A stretch of DNA of 64,000 nucleotides. Source: Nitrosopumilus sp. Lineage in GTDB: Archaea; Thermoproteota; Nitrososphaeria; Nitrososphaerales; Nitrosopumilaceae. Below, one piece after another: positions 38,465-47,674 of the stretch; position 1 is the stretch's first letter; the number at the start of each line of letters is the position of its first letter. The stretch is taken from the NCBI GenBank assembly GCA_963662625.1, contig OY759726.1, positions 800,001-864,000 of the forward strand, written 5' to 3'. The translations under genes were made by a program, and so were the position numbers. The notes beneath the pieces were generated by a model. That model saw nothing but the letters and a program-made list of their open reading frames with translations, had not been told where the DNA came from and did no database searches.

Positions 38465-38626
38465 ATGTCCGTACAGGAAAACGAGGTCCTGGTAAAGATC
38501 ACGTCTGCAGGGACGATCTCCATCCCGAAACAATTCAGAAAGTACATGGACATCCAGAAGGGCGAGTACGTAAAACTGGTGTTGGGAACGGATCAGATAA
38601 CCGTGCGTAAGATCGTGATTTCGTGA
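38465..38626 (+). CDS. AbrB/MazE/SpoVT family DNA-binding protein (53 aa, absent from ORF track)
   Basis: MSVQENEVLVKITSAGTISIPKQFRKYMDIQKGEYVKL...; AT-rich promoter upstream. Confidence 0.88.
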   Translation: MSVQENEVLVKITSAGTISIPKQFRKYMDIQKGEYVKLVLGTDQITVRKIVIS

Positions 38627-39016
38627 TCAGTTTCCCTGCCTCTGGCCCACCCGTATGGTCTGGTATGTCCATTCGCGGCCCGTCCTGATCCTGCCCATCT
38701 TGCCCTTGGTGGAGAACCGCGAGAGGTATGTGGAGATTATGCTTAGTTTTATCGGCTCGTTAAACTCGTCCTCGTATTTCTCCAGTATGTTGGTGGACGT
38801 AAACTTGCCCATTGGGAAGAACTTGTCCACCACATGCCAGATTTTTGAGCCCGTGGAGTCTAGATCGGGGGTGGCGGGCTCCTCCTCGATGTTCATCAGG
38901 TCCAGCATCTCGAAGATTTTAAGGACCTTCTCCCTTGGGACGTTGCCCTCCAGTTTTATATCAAAGCGGGTGCCGTCCGAGTCCTCCATGTCTATGCGAA
39001 TGCGTTTTTTGGCCAA
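38627..39016 (-). CDS. Conserved hypothetical protein with C-terminal winged helix
   Basis: FTSTNILEKYE...LSIISTYLSRF..KG...R.R.GREWTY. Confidence 0.78.
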   Translation of the reverse strand: MAKKRIRIDMEDSDGTRFDIKLEGNVPREKVLKIFEMLDLMNIEEEPATPDLDSTGSKIWHVVDKFFPMGKFTSTNILEKYEDEFNEPIKLSIISTYLSRFSTKGKMGRIRTGREWTYQTIRVGQRQGN

Positions 39017-39059
39017 TGAGGATCTTGAGGATCTAACGTTTACAGTTCAAGTGATCTAA

Positions 39060-39460
39060 AGGTTTTTGTTAACAAAGTGGTTTGTTAAGATTGACTGCCT
39101 AGCCCACGCCTGGGCATGGTTTTGTCATTAACACCCGGCCCGCGCCCTAGGCCGGAATGGGCGGCAAAACCACGCCTAGAGTGGAAATATAGGGGTCGGT
39201 TCCGTGTTATTCACAGCGTTAACCCCCTTCTTCACGCCTGGAATGGAAATATAGGGGTCAAAATGGCCCGTAATGGGCGGCCCATAACATAAAATTAACG
39301 CGGTTGTTAACCCGGCGCGGCCCACACACCCGTGTTTCCACTCCCTTTCTTTCATTTTTTTTTTTGAAAACCTAATAATCTAACCAAAAATAATTAATTA
39401 CAAACTAAACTAGAGTTAGTAATACATCCTATACCCTCAATTTGGATGTGAAGTTGTTGA
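39060..39460. other. Chromosomal replication origin (oriC)
   Basis: ORB elements plus AT-rich tract 39345-39425 (T11 run) directly upstream of cdc6. Confidence 0.85.
39171..39344. repeat. Origin recognition boxes (ORB)
   Basis: 27-bp direct repeats 39171-39197 and 39233-39259 (25/27 identical, TGGAAATATAGGGGTC core) and inverted ORB 39328-39344. Confidence 0.88.
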
Positions 39461-39481
39461 ATGGAAACGCAGGTGTGTGTG

Positions 39482-40684
39482 ATGGTCGACCCGATTGACA
39501 GGATACTGGATGCGGTGGAGGCAGGCGAGTCGATAATAAAAAGCCGCGAGATCCTGCATTTTAACTACATCCCGGACACCATCCAGCACAGGAACCAGGA
39601 GCAGGAACACGTGACCCAGTCGCTGATCCCCATCCTGAAGCAGTCGCGGCCCTCGAACCTGCTGGTGTACGGAAAGCCGGGCACCGGCAAGACGCTGGTC
39701 GTGAAGAAGGTGATCTCCAAGATCCAAGAACGGGTCAAAAAATCGAACTTTCCCATCAAGTTGGTCTATTCCAACTCGAAGGAGGAGACCACCCTGTACG
39801 GGCTGCTGGTAAGCTTCGGGCGGCAGTTGGGCATGGACGACAAGGACCTGCCCACCACGGGCCTTGCGATCAGCGAGGTCTTCAAGAGGCTGCTTGCCAA
39901 CATAAGCGGCAACAAACTCAACGTGATCTTCGTGGTGGACGAGATCGACTACCTCGCACAGCTGGTCTCAAAGACCGGCAAGGACATACTGTACCAGCTG
40001 ACGAGGGCCAACGGGAGGCTCGAGAACGGGTCGCTGACCCTGGCGGGGATATCAAACGACCTGACGTTCAAAGAGAAGCTTGATCCGCGGGTGATAAGCA
40101 GCCTGGGGGAGGAGGAGATCGTCTTTCCGAACTACAACGTGGAGCAGATCAAGAAGATCCTGGAGGCGAGGATACGGGAGGCCTTCGTGCCCGGCTCCGT
40201 CGAGGACCCGGCGCTGAACCTGTGCGCGGCCATGGCGGGCGGCGAGCACGGGGACGCCAGGCGCGCGATAGACCTTATCCGGGTGGCGGGGGAGATCGCA
40301 GAGAGGCGGCAGTCCAAGAGCGTGACGGCCGGCCACGTCAGGGAGGCGTCCCAGAAGATAGAGGAGAACAAGGAAGAGGCGTCCCTCAAGTCCTACCCCC
40401 TCCACGAAAAGCTGGTGATACTCGCGGTAATGAAGGCCGCCGGCTCCTCCACGGGCGAGATCTACTCTGCCTACAGGGGGCTCTGCAAGGCCGTCGGCAG
40501 GGACGGCCTGACCCAGAGGAGGATCACCCAGATGCTGAGCGAGATCGAGCTCTCCGGGATAATCACCGGGCGGCTGGTCCACCAGGGAATGCACGGAAGG
40601 ACCAAGAAATACAAGCTCACGGTCTCCCCCGAGATGGTCAAAAAGGCGTTCCGGGAGGAGCTAACGCTGCAGGATGTCGTCTGA
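39482..40684 (+). CDS. cdc6: Orc1/Cdc6 replication initiator
   Basis: YIPD...HR, YGKPGTGKT, VDEID, GDARRAIDL, C-terminal wHTH; alternative start 39461. Confidence 0.96.
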   Translation: MVDPIDRILDAVEAGESIIKSREILHFNYIPDTIQHRNQEQEHVTQSLIPILKQSRPSNLLVYGKPGTGKTLVVKKVISKIQERVKKSNFPIKLVYSNSKEETTLYGLLVSFGRQLGMDDKDLPTTGLAISEVFKRLLANISGNKLNVIFVVDEIDYLAQLVSKTGKDILYQLTRANGRLENGSLTLAGISNDLTFKEKLDPRVISSLGEEEIVFPNYNVEQIKKILEARIREAFVPGSVEDPALNLCAAMAGGEHGDARRAIDLIRVAGEIAERRQSKSVTAGHVREASQKIEENKEEASLKSYPLHEKLVILAVMKAAGSSTGEIYSAYRGLCKAVGRDGLTQRRITQMLSEIELSGIITGRLVHQGMHGRTKKYKLTVSPEMVKKAFREELTLQDVV

Positions 40685-42103
40685 GTCGGCGCCGTGGTTT
40701 TTCTGGTACACCTTGAAGGTCTTTAGGTTGACCACTATGCCTATCCCCGGGTTGGGCACCATGCCCACGCTTGCCTGGAACGGGGTCTGTTTCTGCCACG
40801 AGCCGGAGTTTAAAAGCATGACCCCCCTGTACATGCCCAGCTGCGCCTTGTGCACGTGGCCCACGTGAAAGATGTCCGGGACGTCGTCAACCACCAGCAG
40901 GTCCTCCGTCTCCGGCGCCACCGGGGTCAGGCTGCCGTAAATCGGGCCCAGGTGCCTGGCGCGCAGGAGCTGCCTCATCACGTCCACCGGCCGGTCGTAG
41001 CTCAGGCCAGGCGTGGTCTTCACGATGTCGTCGATGCTCTGGCCGTGGAACATCAGCACCCTCACGCCGTTAAGGGAGATCGTGGCGGGGTTCCCGACCA
41101 TGACCACGTTCTCCTTCTCCCACAACGGCGGGCTGTACTTTCTTGGTATCGCGGGCTGTGGCAGGGCCCGGCGCCCGGGATCGTGGTTTCCGGGCATGAT
41201 GAATATCTTCACGTGCCCGGGGATCCCCTCCAGCAGCAGCCTGGTCTTTTCCAGCTGCTCCTCGACCGTCTGGCACACCAGCTCCCGGTCCTGGTTGGGG
41301 TAGATCCCCACCCCGTCCACCACGTCCCCGGCTATCAGGACAAACCTGACCTTCCGCGCAACGGGGTCTGGGCCTGACAGCCAGGCGACGAACTCGGAGA
41401 ACTCCTCCTCCATGAAGTACTTGCTTCCCACGTGGAGGTCGGAAAAAAACACGGCGTACGCCTCCGACTCGGACCGGTTCGGCACCCTGTCCGGGACGTC
41501 CGGAAGCACCAGGTCCTTTATGACAAACCCCGACCTTCCCACGCCCGTCCTCGCCACCACGAACTGGTCGACAAGCAGGCCCCCGGCGGCCTTTTTCAGC
41601 TCCTCGTCGAAGACCACGCCCTCGAGGACGCCCGTGGGGTCCTCGAGTACCACCCTTGCGACATTCCTGTCGACCTCCCTGGAGGTGACAAGCCCGCACA
41701 CGTACGCGTCCTCGGGCTTTGCCCCCTTGGCCCAGGCGATGGTCTTTGCCGCCTTCGCCTCGGGCCTGTCCGAAACGATCTGCTTCATCTTCTTGAACCT
41801 GCTTTCAAACAGCGCGTTGTACCCGTCGATGCCCTCTGCAGAGGTGGCCCCGGCGGTGGGATCGGAGACGACCGAGTACTCGGCCGGGGAGTCGGCGCCG
41901 TCCTTTATTCCCAGGCACGCCTCCAGGTCGCCGCGGCTTATCTGAAACCGCCTCTGCCTCGCCTTCTGCCTCACCACGTCCTTGATGACCCTCTCAAGCT
42001 CCCCGACGTCGACGCGTTCGAGGATCGTGAACGCGTCAGGGTGTATCTGGAACCCCCGGTTCAGCGCGTAGTCCAGCGCGTAGCTGAGCTCTTTTTTCAA
42101 CAA
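40661..42103 (-). CDS. polB: DNA polymerase D small subunit DP1
   Basis: SDLHVGS, GDVVDGVGIYP, PGNHD, FHG, HVGHVH. Confidence 0.95.
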   Translation of the reverse strand: MLKKELSYALDYALNRGFQIHPDAFTILERVDVGELERVIKDVVRQKARQRRFQISRGDLEACLGIKDGADSPAEYSVVSDPTAGATSAEGIDGYNALFESRFKKMKQIVSDRPEAKAAKTIAWAKGAKPEDAYVCGLVTSREVDRNVARVVLEDPTGVLEGVVFDEELKKAAGGLLVDQFVVARTGVGRSGFVIKDLVLPDVPDRVPNRSESEAYAVFFSDLHVGSKYFMEEEFSEFVAWLSGPDPVARKVRFVLIAGDVVDGVGIYPNQDRELVCQTVEEQLEKTRLLLEGIPGHVKIFIMPGNHDPGRRALPQPAIPRKYSPPLWEKENVVMVGNPATISLNGVRVLMFHGQSIDDIVKTTPGLSYDRPVDVMRQLLRARHLGPIYGSLTPVAPETEDLLVVDDVPDIFHVGHVHKAQLGMYRGVMLLNSGSWQKQTPFQASVGMVPNPGIGIVVNLKTFKVYQKNHGADSDDILQR

Positions 42104-42176
42104 CGGGCAGTACCCCGCGGTTTAATTAAACCTGCGTCCCTCCAACCTTCAAATAGCGCGGCCCGGAACACACGGC

Positions 42177-42719
42177 GTGCCGCGCCCCCGCCTAGTTCTC
42201 TTCTTCGTCTTTGCGGGAATCATCACGGCGGCGTACCAGATCACCTCCATGCTGGAGGTTCCCGAAGACGTGGCCGCCGAGCTCGCAAGCGCGCTGAAAG
42301 ACGAGTTTGAAGGCCTGGACGGCCAGGGCATATTCTTCCACAACACCATGCTTGCCCTGCCGATGTTCCTGCCCGGGGCGGGGGCCCTGTGGGGAGGGAT
42401 CTCCGCGGCGGCCACCGGGTTTGCCTACGCGTCGCTTGCACAGGCCATGCCCGAACTGCGCCAGCTGCCGGCGCTCGCGCTGCTCTACCTCACGCCGTTC
42501 GGGCTGATGGAGCTTGCCGCATACTCGCTTGCCACGTCGAGGAGCTACATGCTGGCCCGGGCGATGGTCAAAAACTCCGGCATACTGGTCCAGGCAAAGC
42601 CCACCGCAATCGAGATCGGGATCGTGGTGGGCCTGCTTCTGGCAGGCGGGCTGGTGGAACACCACATGATCTACTCCATGGAGGAAGGCATCGTGTGCTG
42701 GTACACCGACATCTGCTAG
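42177..42719 (+). CDS. SpoIIM/DUF95-family membrane protein
   Basis: IFFHN, TPFGLMELAAY, LLAGGLVE. Confidence 0.78.
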   Translation: MPRPRLVLFFVFAGIITAAYQITSMLEVPEDVAAELASALKDEFEGLDGQGIFFHNTMLALPMFLPGAGALWGGISAAATGFAYASLAQAMPELRQLPALALLYLTPFGLMELAAYSLATSRSYMLARAMVKNSGILVQAKPTAIEIGIVVGLLLAGGLVEHHMIYSMEEGIVCWYTDIC

Positions 42720-42758
42720 GGCCGCCCCCGGCGCGGCAGGCCGGGAACCGCCGGGGGC

Positions 42759-43478
42759 TCACTGCCCCGCCCACTGCCACTTGTAGTTCATGTAGGAGTC
42801 CGGGTCCGGCTGGCCAAACACCATGACGGAAAGGTCGGAGAATTCCCGCCCCTCCAGGTCCTTCACGGTCCCCTCGAAGCTCGTCTCGTCCTCCGTGGTC
42901 AGCGCCTCAAAGACGCGGACCCTCATGCTCCCCGTGTCAAAGCCGCACCCCTCCAGGTATGCCGCAATCTCCGACGGCATGAAGTGCTTGTCTGGCCGCC
43001 CCGGCCAAGGCCTCGGGATCAAAACCACGCTGTGCCCGTCCATCAGCGCCTTTTGGAGCTCGAGCTTTTTCCCCTCTATGGAGGACGTGACGTGCATCGT
43101 GATCACCCTGGACTTGTCAAGCGGCACCCGCGCCCGCGCCGCCGCCACCTGGACTGAGCTTATGCCCGGGATGATCTCCACGTTGCCGAAGATCTCGACC
43201 AGCCGGTCGACCACCTCCGACTCTGAAAAGCTGACGTCGCCCGTAAAGGGGACAAGGAGCGACCGGTCCCCCAGGCCCGAAAGGATCTTCTGGTACGTCT
43301 CCTCCTGGTCGCCCATGGTGACCTCGTAAACCTCCTTTCCCTCCAGGAGGCCCTCGATCGTCTTCAGGGTATACCTGTACCCCGCCACCACGTCGCAGTC
43401 CCGGATGGCCCTCTCCGCGGCGCCCGTCACGTATTCCGGCGAGCCGGGGCCCACCCCCACGGCGTAGATCTTTCCCAA
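42759..43478 (-). CDS. cbiE: Cobalt-precorrin-7 C5-methyltransferase
   Basis: VGVGPGS, GD...S, IPGISSVQVAAAR. Confidence 0.8.
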   Translation of the reverse strand: MGKIYAVGVGPGSPEYVTGAAERAIRDCDVVAGYRYTLKTIEGLLEGKEVYEVTMGDQEETYQKILSGLGDRSLLVPFTGDVSFSESEVVDRLVEIFGNVEIIPGISSVQVAAARARVPLDKSRVITMHVTSSIEGKKLELQKALMDGHSVVLIPRPWPGRPDKHFMPSEIAAYLEGCGFDTGSMRVRVFEALTTEDETSFEGTVKDLEGREFSDLSVMVFGQPDPDSYMNYKWQWAGQ

Positions 43479-43480
43479 CT

Positions 43481-43972
43481 TTACCCGGCCATCCCCCGCC
43501 CGTCTTTAATAAACTGCACAAAGGGCCCCCAGTCCACCTTCATGAACTTCGTGGGCTCCTTGACCGGGTATTTCACCCAGTCCTGCGCGACGGAATACTG
43601 GTACGCCTCCTGCTTGCCGCCCCTTCTGTACTCCAGGACCAGGACGCTCCCCCACGTCTTTTCCTCAAAATACACGTCCAATATGTCATCAAACGACAAC
43701 TCCACGTTTTTCTCGTCCTTCATGTCCTCCTCCAGGCTTTTCTCGTCATACCCGTCATGGACGATCATGGTGTTTTTTGATCTCAGGAAGCCCACGACCT
43801 GCCTCTGCCTGATCGCCTGCCACCACTTCATCTTGGCCTCGGTCCTGTGCACGAACATGAGGTGCCTGTCCGTCAGGATCAGCATCCCCTCCCTGCCCCC
43901 CACCGAGAGGAACCTCTTCGCCTCCCTCCAAACAGAGACTATGTGGGCACGGATCCTCTCGTCGGGATGCAT
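43481..43972 (-). CDS. Hypothetical protein, PH/GRAM-like
   Basis: EGMLILTDRHLMF...SFDDILDV pattern; ATG at 43972. Confidence 0.65.
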   Translation of the reverse strand: MHPDERIRAHIVSVWREAKRFLSVGGREGMLILTDRHLMFVHRTEAKMKWWQAIRQRQVVGFLRSKNTMIVHDGYDEKSLEEDMKDEKNVELSFDDILDVYFEEKTWGSVLVLEYRRGGKQEAYQYSVAQDWVKYPVKEPTKFMKVDWGPFVQFIKDGRGMAG

Positions 43973-44081
43973 ACGGTAAGGCCGCCGCGGTTTGATAAAA
44001 ACCAATGCGGCCCCGCCGGGATCCGAACCCGCGCGGGATCCGGATGTAACCTTTAACAATGAGCGTGTACAACGTAAGGCG

Positions 44082-45431
44082 TTGACGTACCAAGAGTCCG
44101 CGTGGGACGAATCCCCCTCGATCAAGACATACACGCTTGCAAACTTCCGCACCCTGCCGCACATAGACGCGCTTTCTGAGGAGCAGCAGTTCGAGATGGA
44201 AGTGGTCGGAAACGTCCTGCCGTTCAAGGCAAACAACTACGTCGTCGAGCAGCTGATCGACTGGAACGACATCCCCAACGACCCCATGTACGTGCTGACC
44301 TTCCCGCAGAAGGGAATGCTCAGGCCCGAGCACTACGAAAAGATGTCCGCCACCCTGGAGGGCACCTCCGACAAGAAGGAGGTCGCCAACGTCGCCAACG
44401 AGATCCGCCTGCAGCTGAACCCGCACCCCGCCGGGCAGATGGAGCTGAACGTCCCGGCACTCGGCGACGGGACGAAGCTGTACGGCATGCAGCACAAATA
44501 CAAGGAGACGTGCCTCTTCTTCCCCAGCCAAAGCCAGACATGCCACGCGTACTGCAGCTTTTGCTTCAGGTGGCCGCAATTCGTCGGAATGGACGAGATG
44601 AAGTTTGCCATGAAGGAGGGCGAGCTGCTGGTCCAATACGTGGGGGAGCACCCGGAGATAAGCGACGTGCTGTTCACGGGGGGCGACCCGATGATAATGA
44701 ACGCGAGGATGTTCTCAAAGTACATAGACGCCCTGGTGGAGGCGCGGCTCCCAAACCTGAAGACAATCAGGATCGGGACCAAGGCGCTTTCCTACTGGCC
44801 GTACAAGTTCCTGACCGACAGGGACTCCGAAGAGATGCTGGCCATCTTCGAGAAAATCACGCAAAACAACATACACCTGGCAATCATGGCGCACTTTAAC
44901 CACCTGGCAGAGATGTCCACCCCCTCGGTAAAGCAGGCGATAAAGCGGGTTCGGGACACCGGCGCCCAGATCAGGACACAGTCGCCGCTCCTGACCCACA
45001 TCAACGACGACGCCGACATGTGGGCCGAGATGTGGAGGACCCAGGTCCAGCTGGGCTGCGTCCCCTACTACATGTTCGTGGTGAGGGACACCGGCGCGCA
45101 GCACTACTTCGGCGTCTCGCTGGTCAGGGCCCACGAAATATTCCAGAACGCGTACAAGAAGGTGAGCGGCCTCGGAAGGACGGTCAGGGGCCCCAGCATG
45201 TCCGCGACCCCCGGGAAGGTCCAGATGGACGGCGTCGCGACGATCAACGGCCAGAAAGTCATGGCCCTGCGCTTCCTGCAGGGGAGAAACCCCGACTGGG
45301 TCCAAAAGCCGTTCTTTGCCATGTACGACGAGAGCGCGCTGTGGCTGGACGACCTGAGGCCCGCGTTCTCCGAAAAGTTCTTCTTCGAGGACGAGCAGGA
45401 GCAGAAGTACGGCGTGAAGATGTCGCACTGA
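44082..45431 (+). CDS. KamA-family radical SAM aminomutase
   Basis: HKY, CHAYCSFCFR, TGGDP, HFNH, PYYMF, PGK (PLP lysine); TTG start chosen. Confidence 0.9.
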   Translation: MTYQESAWDESPSIKTYTLANFRTLPHIDALSEEQQFEMEVVGNVLPFKANNYVVEQLIDWNDIPNDPMYVLTFPQKGMLRPEHYEKMSATLEGTSDKKEVANVANEIRLQLNPHPAGQMELNVPALGDGTKLYGMQHKYKETCLFFPSQSQTCHAYCSFCFRWPQFVGMDEMKFAMKEGELLVQYVGEHPEISDVLFTGGDPMIMNARMFSKYIDALVEARLPNLKTIRIGTKALSYWPYKFLTDRDSEEMLAIFEKITQNNIHLAIMAHFNHLAEMSTPSVKQAIKRVRDTGAQIRTQSPLLTHINDDADMWAEMWRTQVQLGCVPYYMFVVRDTGAQHYFGVSLVRAHEIFQNAYKKVSGLGRTVRGPSMSATPGKVQMDGVATINGQKVMALRFLQGRNPDWVQKPFFAMYDESALWLDDLRPAFSEKFFFEDEQEQKYGVKMSH

Positions 45432-45512
45432 GCCGCACCTTCACTATTCACAACATAGCTAAAACAACCTTACCAACCGCTATTAGTAGACGCGCCCTCA
45501 AAGACAGTTCAG

Positions 45513-46958
45513 TTGAACGCGGAACAGGTGCTAGAGGCGGTCCAAAGCGAGAAGATCTCGTTCATCGACTTTTGGTTCGTGGACATCTTCGGCGAGCTGC
45601 ACAACGTCGGCATGCCCAGCTACGCAATAAGCCAGAACAGCTTCGACTCGGGGCTGGAGAAGCTGGACGCAAGCTCCATCGTGGGGTTCAAGTCGGTCAA
45701 CAACTCCGACATGATACTGAAGCCGGATCCCGACACGTTCAGGATCCTGCCGCCGGACTACGATCCGGGCCCCCGGAAGAACGCGAGGATCTTCTGCGAC
45801 CTGTACGACGGGAACGCCGAAGAGCCGTCGCGCTACAACCGCGACTCGCGCGGCATCGCGCACAAGGCGTCGGAAAGGCTCAGGGAGTTCGGGCTCACCC
45901 ACACCAACTGGGGCCCGGAGATAGAGTTCTTCATATTCGACGCGATCAACGTGTACCCGTCCCCGTACGCCGCCACCCACTCGTACGGGGGGTCCGGCTA
46001 CTCCATCGAGTCAAAGGAATCGCCCTGGGCGAAGGGAAACATCAGCACCGCGATCGACATCAAGGAGGGCTACTACCCGTCCCAGCCGAAGGACACGCTG
46101 GAGGGGTTTAGGAAAGACGTCTGCGACGACCTCTACCATTATTTCGGGATAGAGATAGAGGCAGAACACCACGAGGTGGCGACCTCCGGCCAATGCGAGA
46201 TTAACCTGGTGTACAACGACATGGTCGGCATGGCGGACAACGTGATCGCGGTCAAAAACCTGGTCAAGGTCAAGGCAAAGAAGCAGAACAAGGTGGCGAC
46301 GTTCATGCCAAAGCCCATCTTCGGGGACAACGCGTCGGCGATGCACACGCACCAGAGCCTGTGGAGGGGGAAGACCAACATCATGTATGACCCGGACGAC
46401 GAGCTGGCCCAGCTGAGCCAGACGGGAAGGTACTACGTCGGGGGAATCCTGAACCACGCGTCGGCGCTGTGCGCCATATCGAACCCTACCACCAACTCCT
46501 ACAAGCGGCTGGTCCCGGGCTTCGAGGCGCCGGTCAACGTCTGCTGGGGGCTGGGCAACCGCTCTGCGGCGATCAGGGTGCCGATGTACCGCAGGAACCA
46601 GGAAAAAAGCAAGCGCCTGGAATACCGCGTCCCGGATCCCACGTCCAACATCTACCTCCTAGAGTCGGCGCTGCTGCTTGCCGGGCTGGACGGGATAAAA
46701 AACAAGATCGACCCGGGCGACCCGGTGGAGGAGAACGTCTACAAGCTGACCCCCGAGAGGAAGAGGGAGTACAACATAGGATCCCTCCCGGTCTCCCTGA
46801 AGGGGGCGCTTGACTCGCTCACCAGCGACTGCGGGTTCCTCCAGGACATCTTCACCAAGGACTTTCTCGACAAGTACATCGAGCTGAAGTACATGGAATA
46901 CACCACGTTTGCGCAGACCCCCACCCCCTGGGAGGTCTCGATGTACGCGGACGCGTGA
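45513..46958 (+). CDS. glnA: Glutamine synthetase type I (copy 2, divergent)
   Basis: DASSI.GF, GPEIEFF, HHEVATSGQCEI, RLVPGFEAP, RLEYRVPDP. Confidence 0.93.
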   Translation: MNAEQVLEAVQSEKISFIDFWFVDIFGELHNVGMPSYAISQNSFDSGLEKLDASSIVGFKSVNNSDMILKPDPDTFRILPPDYDPGPRKNARIFCDLYDGNAEEPSRYNRDSRGIAHKASERLREFGLTHTNWGPEIEFFIFDAINVYPSPYAATHSYGGSGYSIESKESPWAKGNISTAIDIKEGYYPSQPKDTLEGFRKDVCDDLYHYFGIEIEAEHHEVATSGQCEINLVYNDMVGMADNVIAVKNLVKVKAKKQNKVATFMPKPIFGDNASAMHTHQSLWRGKTNIMYDPDDELAQLSQTGRYYVGGILNHASALCAISNPTTNSYKRLVPGFEAPVNVCWGLGNRSAAIRVPMYRRNQEKSKRLEYRVPDPTSNIYLLESALLLAGLDGIKNKIDPGDPVEENVYKLTPERKREYNIGSLPVSLKGALDSLTSDCGFLQDIFTKDFLDKYIELKYMEYTTFAQTPTPWEVSMYADA

Positions 46959-47032
46959 GGGCCCCGCGCCGCGCGCGCCAGAACGGCCCGGATCCCTCAA
47001 AGACTGATTAACCACCGCGGCGTAGGGCGGCC

Positions 47033-47674
47033 ATGGGGCCGATCGATCTCACGCTGACCGTGTCCGAGGCGCTCCCCGCGTTTCCCGGCTCGCCGGGGCC
47101 GCAGTTCATCCCCTGGTCCGACCTGGAGGAGGACGGGTACAACCTCGAGCTGTTGTTCCTGAGCTCGCACACGGGGACGCACATGGACGCCCCGTACCAC
47201 TTCGCCGATGGCGGCGCGAGGATCCACGAGATCCCAGTGGGCAGGCTCCTCGGCAGTGCGCTTCTGGTAAGGGCTAGGAAGGGGGCAAACCGGGCGGTCA
47301 CGAAGAGGGATCTGCTGGCCTTCGAGCGCGACAACGGAAAAATTCCGGACGGCGCCTCGGTCTTTTTCCACACGGGATGGCAGGAGTTCCTGAAGAGCGA
47401 CGGGTATTTCGCGGAAAACCCGGGGCTGTCAGAGCGCGCCGCGGAGTACCTGGCCTCAAAAAAGGCCAACATGGTGGGGATCGACTCCCCCAGCATCGAC
47501 TGCGGGAACAGCCGCCGGTTCCCCGCCCACAGGGCGCTGTCAAGGAACGGCGTCCTGATCGTCGAGAACCTGGCCAACCTGGACAGGATCCCGGGGAGCC
47601 GGTTTGACTTTGCCGTCCTGCCGCTGAAGCTGAAGGGCGCCACCGGATCCCCCGTGAGGGCGGTGGCGTTCTAG
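47033..47674 (+). CDS. Cyclase family metal-dependent hydrolase (KynB-like)
   Basis: HTGTHMDAPYHF, GIDSPS, ENL, GSPVRA. Confidence 0.9.
   Translation: MGPIDLTLTVSEALPAFPGSPGPQFIPWSDLEEDGYNLELLFLSSHTGTHMDAPYHFADGGARIHEIPVGRLLGSALLVRARKGANRAVTKRDLLAFERDNGKIPDGASVFFHTGWQEFLKSDGYFAENPGLSERAAEYLASKKANMVGIDSPSIDCGNSRRFPAHRALSRNGVLIVENLANLDRIPGSRFDFAVLPLKLKGATGSPVRAVAF

Noticed and set aside
39171-39259. 27-bp repeats with a 35-bp gap as a mini-CRISPR
   Set aside because: Only two copies, ORB consensus, next to cdc6, no cas genes
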